From Macrostomum lignano (Eukaryota): a DNA stretch of 64,000 nucleotides. Below, in pieces: positions 23,401 through 32,804 of this stretch. Position numbers and translations under genes: made by a program. Within the stretch, counting starts at the first letter, position 1; each line of letters opens with the position of its first letter. The stretch spans positions 62,001-126,000 of the forward strand of contig NIVC01000355.1 in assembly GCA_002269645.1 (NCBI GenBank). Direction: 5' to 3'. The notes beneath the pieces are model-generated. The model saw only the letters and a list, made by a program, of their open reading frames with translations, had not been told where the DNA came from and did not search any database.

Positions 23401-26400
23401 CTACAGCATAACTACAGTAAGCTACAGCATACTACAGTAAGCTACAGCATAGCTACAGTAGGCTACAGCATAACTACAGTAAGCTACAGCATAACTACAG
23501 TAGGCTACAGCATAACTACAGTAAGCTACAGCATATACTACAGTAAGCTACAGCATACTACAGTTAGCTACAGCATAACTACAGTAGGCTACATCATAAC
23601 TACAGTAAGCTACAGCACAACTACAGTAAGCTACAGCATACTACAGTAGGCTACAGCATAACTACAGTAAGCTACAGCATTTTCTACAGTAAGCTACAGA
23701 ATAACTACAGTAAACAACAGCATAACTACAGTAAGCTACAGCATAACTACAGTAGGCTACAGCATAACTACAGTAAGCTACATCATAACTACAGTAGGCT
23801 ACAGCATACTACAGTAGGCTACAGCATACTACAGTAAGCTACAGCATAACTACAGTAGGCTACAGCATAACTACAGTAAGCTACAGCATAACTACAGTAA
23901 GCTACAGCATAACTACAGTAAGCTACAGCATAACTGTAGTAAGCTACAGCATATACTACAGTAAGCTACAGCATAACTACAGTAAGCTACGCGAAGGCGT
24001 ATTTAGCATGCCAGTGAAGTATGAGACAGACTAGGCCCATGGGCTACGGTCTGCGATGCTTCACGCCTGCCCCTATCTTCAGCAGGTCAAGGCTGGTGGG
24101 AGGTCTGCACCCTCTATTTGCCTCTGGCAGCCGCAGACTCCCCCACGCTGTCTCGCAAGTCGACCCAGGGTACTCGTCCCCGCGTGTGTTCAAGGCAGTC
24201 CCTAGGGCTGCTGGACAGACTGGGCTCCGGCGCTGGCGACCCTATCCAGTGGCTTCGGCCGAATTTGGGTATGCGGGTCTGGCTCGCCAACCTGCAGGCC
24301 GTGGTACTCTCAACGTACTCTCTAATGCCTAAGGTGTTGACCGTGCCGATGGGCTGGAAGGCCGGGGAGTAGTCCGGTCGCAAGCGGTCCCCCTCCTGGT
24401 GTCGGGCCAGCCTTGAGGGTGCTATTGGCCTACTGCCCGGTCAGGTGGAGCGGCCGGGTGGGTACCGCGCCCCTTTGAGGGTAGCCCACCAACCTTTTAT
24501 CATGGCCTTCGAGCCGTCTATGGATAATCAAGCTAACTCTAGGGACGGGGACCCTTCTAAACCCCAACCTCAGTCCGAAGGACCGGCCGGCCCTGCTGGC
24601 AGATCCAACCTTTTATCATGGCCTTCGAGCCGTCTATGGATAATCAAGCTAACTCTAGGGACGGGGACCCTTCTAAACCCCAACCTCAGTCCGAAGGACC
24701 GGCCGGCCCTGCTGGCAGATCCCAACCGACTGATTTCACTGTGGCAAAGGAAGGACCGGCTGGCTCTGCTGGCAGATCCGACCAGAGCTACCAAACTCAA
24801 AATACCCAAAGACCTGCCAGCTCCGCTGGTGGATCTAAGGGAACCGCGAGCTCTGAGCCTAAAGGACCGGCCAAATCTGGCAGATCCGATGAAGCTCAGC
24901 GGGCTCGGCTTGAGCGCAAACGCGCTAAACAACGCGCCAAAGGGCAGGCCAAGAAGGGAGCTGCGGGGGCCAAAGCGGCGGCGTCCACCATGGATGCTGA
25001 AGCGACTGGAGTCCCAAGGCAACCAGGCGGGCCGGCCGGTGGAAGCTCCAGTAGTTCAGCGGCGGCGCTCCCTGGAGCTGCTGCCGCGGCTGCTGAGGCC
25101 GAAACCACGGCGCAACAAATGGCCACTGCCAACAAGGAGGTTCCTTCGGGAGCTACCTTTGCGGCGAAGGCCAAGGCCAAAATCCCGGGAGTGATCATCC
25201 AAGGTCGCGACCAGGACTGGACCACTGATCAGCTTCAAAAAGTGTGGAGTGCTGTTGACTCCTATCTGATTGAGCTGACTGTCAAGGAGGGAATCTCCAT
25301 CGGCATTGAGCGGATGGTGCTGCGAAGCACATTCGTTCTTATTGCTCCTAGCAGCGAGGAGGACGCTCGGCAGCTGCTCCAGCGGCTACCGACGGTCTCC
25401 TTGGATGCTGACCTTGGCGGAGCTCTTTTTCTTCGCGAGGGCCAGCGTCCAAAGACGATACCCTATGTGGTTTTCGTCCCTGCTAAGAGCACCGCAGCTG
25501 GACCAGACGTTATTCGCCGGGTCCTACTGCGTCTGAACCCCGACCTCCCTGCTAGTGGACTGGTGTATCACCGTAAAGTCCGCAGGGGGGAGACGGGCAA
25601 CTCAATTGTCCTCGGCCTTTCCAGCACTTGGGCGAGTCGGTACCCTAATGGATCCTCTTTCCAGCTGGGTGCCCTCAAGCTCAAGATGCGCCGAGGAAAG
25701 TCTGCCAAAGGGAAGGCTACTGCCAACCCCGGCATCTCCGGCAAGAGCGGGGCGCAGTCTAAGGCCCAAGGAAAGGCGCAAGCCGATCCCAAAGCCAAAG
25801 CTGCATCTCGCCCCTCTGCTAGCAGCAGTTCGGCGATCGCGGTAACGGCTCCGGCCAAGCCCCGGGAACCAAACCTGCCAGTCGGAGAAGGAGTTGAGGA
25901 CGAGGCCGGGTCTTCGGAATCCGAGCTCTCCTCGGCCACCCTGGTGGGGTCTGAAGGTAAAGATGCAGGTGAGGAAGCTTCCTCCATCCTGTCATCGGAG
26001 CCTGAGGACTCTGCTGGGGGGCCAGTGGGGTGAGGAGGCCATGGACGTCGACCAACTCCCATCTCCCAGTCAAGCCCCAGCGGCCTGGGACGAGGACGAT
26101 CTGTTGTCCAAGTCTCCTTGATGGCCCTGGGCTCTAGCCAGAAATTGCATTTAATACAGTATGACTAAGCTCCACGCTGCCAAAGGAGCGACATTCTGTC
26201 TGCAAATTAATTTACAGCATTGCGTATCTGCGTCAGTAAATCTGATGAAGATTGCTGAGCTGTACAGGCCAGGCCTCATCCTGATCCAGGAACCCTGGAT
26301 GCGCAACGGTAAGTTGCCCAACATTCCCTCTGGCTACTCTGATTTTTATGTGTGTGGCCCGGGGAACAGCCGCCCTAGAGCGGCTATCCTCGCTGCTAGC

Positions 26401-29400
26401 CATCTCCAGGCTTGGCTGAGGACTGATCTCTCTGATGGAGACCTTTGCGTCATCCAATCTAATCATTTCTCTCCGCGTACGTGTCTTGTTGCCTCGGTTT
26501 ATATCCCAGGCGACAGAGACCCTGCTCCTGAGAGTTTACTGCGCCTCGCGCAGTACTGCGAGTCCCAGAACGCTGAGCTGTGCTTAGGGGGCGACCTCAA
26601 CGCGCACCACAAGCACTGGGGCAGCAAAGATACCAACACTAGAGGAGAGGAGCTTCTGGCCCTCATCTCTAACACAAACCTCATGCTCTGCAACCGCGGC
26701 AGCACTCCTACCTTTAATAATGGCAGATGGACCGAGGTCCTCGACGCCACACTCGTTACCCCAAGACTCTTTGACAGAGTTGAGGAGTGGAGAGTCTGGT
26801 CTGAGGAGCCCTCCCTGTCTGACCACTGCTTTATCGCCTTTAACATCGCGGACACTAAAACCCAGTCTCCGATCACTTGGAGACGCAATATCCGCAACAC
26901 TGATTGGGCGGCCTACAAGGCTGCCCTTGATCTGCACCTGCAGGAACTCACGGACTTACGTCCGATTGAGACCTGCGAGGATGTGGATCATATGGCTGAG
27001 ACGCTGACAGGTTGCATTATTGAAGCCTACGAAGCGGCTTGTCCTGCTCGCGCCTACAAAGGCAAGACCTCGGCGCCGTGGTGGAACCCGGAGCTGGGGA
27101 AACTCAGGCGGAAGGCCAAAAGCCTTCATCGCCGTGCCATGAAGACCGGAAACCCGGAGGACATGGAGCTTTTCCGGCAAGCCTCCCGCAATTTCAAATC
27201 TGAAGTGCGCAAGGCCAAGGAATGTAAGTGGCGCCAATTCTGCAATGAATTGGATCAAGACAGACCTACTTCTAGGCTTGTCAAGGCCCTTACAATGGAC
27301 AAAATGTCCAAATTAGCCATGATCAAAAAAGATGATGGCTCTCTTACTAAAGACCCTGAAGAAGTGCTTCAGCATATGCTTAGCACATTCTTCCCGAGGG
27401 TACCTACTGCTAGACCGGAGCCCAACCATTCGATGGATGGAGCCACCCTAGCGGCGGGCATTGTCACTGAAGACCTAATCGCTCGTGCGGTCAGAACCTT
27501 CAAACCCTTCAAATCTCCTGGACCTGATGGTATCTACCCTGTTCTCCTTCGTGAAGCAGCCAAGATACCCTCGTTCCTGAGACTCACCCGCAATCTTATG
27601 CGGGCCTCTATCCAGCTGGGATACGTTCCCAAATGCTGGACTGAAGCTCGGGTAGTCTTTATTCCCAAACCTGGGAAGGGTGACTACCAAAGCGTCAAGG
27701 CCTTCCGGCCTATTAGCTTAACGTCAGCAATGCTTAAGCTCACTGAGAGGCTTATTCTCTGGCGGCTGCTGTCCTGCGAGCTGACAGCGATGCCCCTCAG
27801 CAATAATCAGCACGCCTTCCGTACCGGGAGGTCGACTGACAGCGCCCTGCATGCGATTGTCGAGAAGATTGAAAGGGCGGTACTGGGTGACGGTTACGCT
27901 CTGGCTCTCTTTCTTGACATTGTTGGCGCCTTCGACAACGTTATCTTTGAAGCGTTTCAGAGGGCCCTTCAAAATCGCAAAGCTCATGCTACCCTCATAC
28001 GGTGGATCATGTACATGATCTCCAACCGTACGGTCACTGCCCAACTTCTTGGGCAAACTGCCTCCACCAGAGTCTGTAAGGGTGGACCCCAAGGCGGAGT
28101 CCTCACCCCGACGCTCTGGAACCTGGTCATGGACGCTCTTTGAGTGACTCCCGACCCGACCCCGTCTTCAAAGTCGGGTATGCTGATGACGTCACGGCCA
28201 TTGTGGCAGGACCGTCTCCCAGCACGCTCAGGGATCTGATGCAGAGCTTTATCCGCAAAGCAGAATCCTGGGCCAATGACAATGGTCTGGAACTCTCTGA
28301 GCCCAAAACCGTTGCCATTATGTTTACCAGCAGACTACGCTGGAACATACGTCCTCTGCAGCTCTACGGCAGAGATATTGCCTTCGCGCACCAGACCAGA
28401 TGTCTCGGGGTCATACTTGACCACCGGCTCAACTGGTCCTCCACGTGAAAGCAAAAGCCAAGCGTGCCTCAGCCATCCTGGCCCAGCTCCGACGAGCACT
28501 TGGCACTTCTTGGGGTCTATCCCCAAAGCGGCTTTGGTGGATCTATACTTCCGTAGTTAGACCTGCCATTACGTACGCCTCTGTTGTCTGGGTTAGCGCT
28601 ACCCAGGTCAAAAGCCATGCAGACCTGCTCAACACGATCCAAGGCAGAGCGTGTAGGCTCATCTGCAACGCCACCAGGTCCACGCCCTTTGCTGGCATGG
28701 GGGCCTTCCTTAATCTTCCGCCTCTTGACCTCTTCATCAGGGGTGAGGCGGCTAGAACGACGCGGCGTCTAATTGATGCCGGCGTCAAATTCATTTACAT
28801 GAGAGCACCTGCTAAGCGGAACCTTGTCCCGCATAGCGATCTGTGCCTCAACTTTCTCAACGAGTGTCAGGCCAATCGCGTCTTCACCGATGGCATTGCC
28901 TCAACGCTCAACCTGAGACAGCGCTACTCCGTAGCTATCGACTCGCGCGATAACATCAATGACCATTGGAACCCTGGTGAGCTTCATTGCTACACCGACG
29001 GTTCTAAGCAGTCAGCCAACACCGGCTTTGGTGTTGGAATCTTTCTGAACGGGAGGGTCATCGCTACCCACGCTCAATACACTGGGGTCAACTCCAGTGT
29101 TTTCCAAAATGAAGTTCTGGCCATCAGCTCCTGCACTGCAGAGCTTCTCGCCACTGGCGTTACTGGTAAGAACATCATTTTCCATTCGGACAGCCAAGCT
29201 GCCTTGCACGCCATCAGTGGCTGCAGCACCAACTCTGCTACAGTCCTTGACTGTATCAAACTCCTCAATGTGTTGGGTTCCGCCAACAAAATTACCCTTA
29301 AGTGGGTTCCGGGGCATGTGGGGATCCGAGGAAATGAGTTGGCTGACACCCTTGCAAAAGTTGGTGCCTCCGGCTCCTCTCTCGGCCCCGAACCTCTTGT

Positions 29401-31129
29401 CCCGATTCCTGGCTGTGTCATCGACTCGCGCATCAAAGCGTGGATCAGGACTCAGCACCGCTCGACTTGGGCGAACCGCACGAACTGCAGGCAATCCAGA
29501 GGCGCTGTCCCTCAGCCCTCTCACCAGCTCCGGAAGCTCCTCTTGCGCCTCTCGCGCAGAGACATCCGGGCTGCCACCATGACCCTCTCTGGTCACGGCT
29601 GCTTCTCCAGGCACCAGTACCTGCAGGGCAACGCCACCAACGCCACCTGTAGTTTCTGCAACTCAGGTGACGAAACCGCTGAGCATTTCGTCAGCATCTG
29701 TCCCGCCTTCACGCGGGCCAGACTCACTTACCTCGGGCCACACACATCTATTACTGAAGCGTGCAAACCCGAAAACTTTAATCAGCTCATGCGCTACCTT
29801 CGGGCCACCCGCAGGGCTGAACTCTCCTTTCCAGAGAGCACCATAGCTGCTGGCGACACTGGGGGACCTCCCTGGGCGGCGCCAACCCTCCGTCCATAGC
29901 GACGCGTCGGCCGTTCAGGGACTAGCGGAATGGGCGCCCGCGCCTTCCCGCTGTGTCCCCTCCGGGACAGCCCTGCAGCTAAGTCAAGTAAGTCAAGCTA
30001 CAGCATAACTAGAGTAAGCTACAGCATAACTACAGTAAGCTACATCATAACTACAGTAAGCTACAGCATAACTACAATAGGCTACAGCATAACTACAGTA
30101 AGCTACAGCATAACTACAGTAAGCTACAGCATAACTACAGTAGGCTACAGCATAACTACAGTAAGCTACAGCATACTACAGTAAGCTACAGCATAACTAC
30201 AGTAGGCTACAGCATAACTACAGTAAGCTACAGCATACTACAGTAAGCTACAGCATAACTACAGTTAGCTACAGCATAACTACAGTAGGCTACATCATAA
30301 CTACAGTAAGCTACAGCATACTACAGTAAGCTACAGCATACTACAGTAGGCTACAGCATAACTACAGTAAGCTACAGCATTTTCTACAGTAAGCTACAGA
30401 ATAACTACAGTAAAAAACAGTATAACTACAGTAAGCTACAGCATAACTACAGTAGGCTACAGCATACTACAGTAAGCTACATCATAACTACAGTAGGCTA
30501 CAGCATAACTACAGTAAGCTACAGCACAACTACAGTAAGCTACAGCATACTACAGTAGGCTACAACATAACTACAGTAAGCTACAGGAAAGCCAGAAGCC
30601 TCACATTAAGCGCTTGACTAGGAGAATAGTTTGAGTTCAGCCAGGCCTCATTGCTCATCAGCTTGGCTCTGGGATCAATGATCAGCACATTCCACTCGGT
30701 GATTGACAGGTTCCTAGCCGCATAGGCGTAGTTCACTGAGCAGGCCAGCACGATTTGAGCCTCGGTGCCGGCGGCCGGCAGCAGGCGGACGACTCGGCCA
30801 CGGATGCTGGCCAGCGGTGATGAGGCGTTGCTAGGCTGCAGTACTGCAACTGAGTAGCTCACGGAGCGGGCGCCGCGCCACCTGGAGCGGCCGCTGCGGA
30901 ACGAGCAAACGAAAGCTGCCGAATCGGGCTTCGGGTTGTCATAGTAACCGAACAGTCTCCGACCTTCGGTTGTGTAGAAAGCCACGGCTGGCGAATGGGG
31001 AACGATTCGTTGGGAGAGATTCGCCGAGCGGGTCGCGGCGACGGTTACGGCGACAGATTTTTCTGCTCCTAGAAGAGCAGCGAACAGAAACGCCAGCAAG
31101 ACGGCGAAGCAATGATAGCGCTGCTGCAT
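11046..31129 (-). CDS. Gene B: secreted protein with signal peptide, ~3 Ig-like domains, a SUEL/galactose-binding-lectin-like domain and a C-terminal ALK/LTK-type glycine-rich domain (~804-820 aa)
   Basis: Exons 31129-30605, 16397-16098, 15440-15149, 14744-14495, 13773 (or in-frame 13821)-13610, 13521-13250, 12026-11547, 11177-11046; GT-AG, phases consistent. N-terminus MQQRYHCFAVLLAFLFAALLGA is hydrophobic. Ig motif LSC...YSW...LSL...C in exon 3. LVC...RY...C...NCTSHTALARVRRNC...C...C...IEVDYFC resembles SUEL spacing. YFVPKTGCFEISAAGAAGG...GGRGASARGKFRLERGQMLAIVVGQHGG and GGGGGSFVY...LAAGGGGGA...GGFGGGGGG...GGGGGYSGG...AGGGGGSFC are typical of the ALK/LTK glycine-rich domain. The ORF stops at YYLDNQC* with no TM segment. 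Confidence 0.8.
11275..11543. repeat. (TAC)n/(TAA)n microsatellite
   Basis: Fills most of the last intron of gene B. Confidence 0.95.
12050..13150. repeat. Two arrays in gene B intron 6: ~48-bp TTTCCATTGTCGTGTCC... (12050-12450) and 40-bp GACTGAACCAGACAGAGAGGGAGAGAGATAAGAATAACAG (12620-13150)
   Basis: Direct reading. Confidence 0.9.
13812..14480. repeat. Compound minisatellite CCTTGACCCATCTGATCACTGACCC / GATCCTTGACCCC
   Basis: Gene B intron 4. Confidence 0.88.
14780..15140. repeat. 14-bp minisatellite TGTCACTCCCATTC
   Basis: Gene B intron 3. Confidence 0.85.
15520..16085. repeat. Compound array TGTCAGGAGACTACAGTAGA (20 bp) then TGTCAGGGA (9 bp)
   Basis: Gene B intron 2. Confidence 0.88.
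16590..23990. repeat. Large 20-22-bp minisatellite ACTACAGTA(A/G)GCTACAGCATA with higher-order repeats; left part
   Basis: ~7.4 kb in gene B intron 1, interrupted by the LINE at 23991. Confidence 0.98.
24618..26121 (+). CDS. LINE ORF1 (gag-like; central region resembles the DUF4780-type ORF1 of LOA elements)
   Basis: 471-aa ORF 24618..26033 with TFAAKAKAK and PYVVFVP...VLLRLNPDL...IVLGL motifs and no CCHC knuckles. An acidic tail (EEAMDVDQLP...WDEDDLLSKSP*) continues in another frame to TGA 26121 after G-runs at ~26016-26030, suggesting a 1-nt indel. Confidence 0.8.
26161..29899 (+). CDS. LINE ORF2: AP endonuclease + reverse transcriptase + RNase H + C-terminal zinc knuckle, split by two 1-nt frameshifts
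   Basis: APE motifs CLQINLQH, LIQEPW, GGDLNAHH, EVLDATLV, SDH. RT motifs KSPGPDG, FRPISLTS, QHAFRTGRST, FLDIVGAFDNV, PQGGVLTPTLWNL, YADD. RNase H motifs CYTDGS, SDSQAAL, WVPGHVGIRGNELAD. C-terminal CSFC...ETAEHFVSICP. Segments 26161..28143, 28140..28448 and 28445..29899 join if one base is restored at ~28140 and at ~28440. Confidence 0.95.
29995..30586. repeat. Same ACTACAGTAAGCTACAGCATA minisatellite; right part after the LINE
   Basis: Same unit resumes directly after the LINE tail. Confidence 0.97.
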
Positions 31130-31619
31130 GTTGGATGCAGTCTCGAGTATTGGCAGGTGTCTAAAATCTTGAAATTTGAGCGTTTATTAAAGCCCAAATA
31201 GCTGGTTTGGAACAGTAAAATCTTATCTTCTTGCGCAGAATTTCGATGCCAGAAAATTGCCAACCCAATCTGTAAATTTATGACACAGTGATGACACAAG
31301 CAGAAATTCTATATACAGCGCCTACCACTACTAACCTGCGCGTATACATTTAAGGCTAAAAATTCAAACAAATCAGCATGATAAGCAGCGCTTTGAAGAA
31401 AGTTCAGGAAATTTCTGAATTGAAGAAAGTTATTTGACGACGTTTGGAGGAGATGCAAGCAAGACTGATAAGATGCCAATTAGCTGGGGGCAGATGGCTA
31501 AGGGGGGTGAAGCAATGAAGATTTGTGCGCTCAGAATCTAGATAAGATAGTAAGTTAAAGCCTGTAGGTTTTTGGACTTGGTTGGTTTTTCTATAACAGC
31601 TGAAGATGCACCAAATTTG

Positions 31620-31790
31620 GGTGTCAGGGTGAATCAATCTGGGTGTCAGATGGTGCATGGTGTCAGGGTGAATCAATCTGGGTGTCAGATGGTGCATGGT
31701 GTCAGGGTGAATCAATCTGGGTGTCAGATGGTGCATGGTGTCAGGGTGAATCAATCTGGGTGTCAGGGTGAATCAATCTGGGTGCCAGGG
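31620..31790. repeat. 39-bp tandem repeat, ~4 copies
   Basis: GGTGTCAGGGTGAATCAATCTGGGTGTCAGATGGTGCAT repeated. Confidence 0.85.
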
Positions 31791-32162
31791 CGAATCAGTT
31801 CTGGCAGACTATGCTACCGATATGTACATGTAGCGCATGAAACTTTGTAAAGGGTATTTAAAATACTTTGATACACGAAAATTTATTAAATAAATTACCT
31901 TCAAAAATAAGCTTTCACTTCTCGGGTACTCCGAGTGTTCCTCTCAAGGTGTCGAAATGTTTTTTGAGTCAACTGTCCTTAGATCCGCCGTGGTTTTTAA
32001 GTCGCAGCCGCAGGAATTCCGATTGTGTAAACAAATTGAAAATTTCCGGATTTTTTTGTTATAATTTAAATGAGTAGACAGACATGCGGTACTATATATT
32101 GAATATTCAGCAAGCCAAAAAAGTTCTTTTTACCCTTTGGAAAGGAAACAAAAATTCTGCAA

Positions 32163-32500
32163 TGAGTCACACCCTTGCCTTGTGTCGCCCTTCTGACCTG
32201 CCTAATTGCACCCAGTCCTGACCGTAAAAATGCTTTGTTTAAATTATTCAATTTTTTGTTAATCAAAGCACAGTCGAGTCATTGGGGGGGGGGTTCGCTT
32301 GTCCCATTAGAAATGCGAGAATTGCCGTGAGCCAACCAGTGAGTTGCCGTGAGTCATGAACTCTACTCTGAAATGCCGAAACTCGCAGCACAAATCACGC
32401 GCACAACGCCCATTGCCCAGTGACTCGGTGTGACTCAGCGTCTCTGCTCAAACACACTCGATCTTCAAAGTCTTCTTTTGTGCTCAATGAAGGTGACTCA
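32163..32500. promoter_or_regulatory. Cluster of AP-1 (TGA[C/G]TCA) motifs upstream of gene B
   Basis: Perfect sites at 32163, 32350, 32431 and 32494, plus TGACTCG at 32421; 1.0-1.4 kb upstream of the gene B ATG. Confidence 0.45.
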
Positions 32501-32804
32501 AACCAAATTACGGCTGAGCAATTGTTTCGGAGAGCGTGGGTTGAAGCGTGAGTGAGTGTTAGCTAAGCTCTTCCGCATTCCGGGGTGTTGTTAGTTTTAA
32601 AAATTTTTTATAGAACAAATATACGCCGTCCCTACTGTTAGTAGGAGTGAGTATATAAATTAAAAAGTAAATGTACTCAGCTGTTAATCGAGTTAAATAT
32701 AGCATTTCCCCCAATCCAATTGAGCCAAGAAGAATGCAATTCAAACAATCAACAGTGCAGCAAAGAGGTTTTACCATAGATAAAGAGTGAATAAATGTAC
32801 ATGT

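Larger units (their letters stand above)
23991..29994 (+). mobile_element. Non-LTR retrotransposon (LINE), LOA-clade-like, 6.0 kb, apparently full length
   Basis: ~510-nt 5' UTR, ORF1, ORF2 with APE-RT-RNase H-CCHC, a short 3' UTR with stem-loops and an (AAGT/AAGTC)n tail. Flanked by the direct repeat AAGCTAC at 23984-23990 and 29995-30001 inside the host minisatellite. The clade call rests on RNase H plus a zinc-knuckle-free ORF1 and is an inference. Confidence 0.93.

Noticed and set aside
24351-24480. Canonical HDV-like ribozyme (P1 GGGCTGG/CCAGCCT, P3 CCC/GGG)
   Set aside because: No GG for P1.1 after P1', and no catalytic C-N-A-A before a P2' strand. The alternative using CGAA at ~24260 lacks a correctly placed P2/P3. 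Kept only as a structured UTR.
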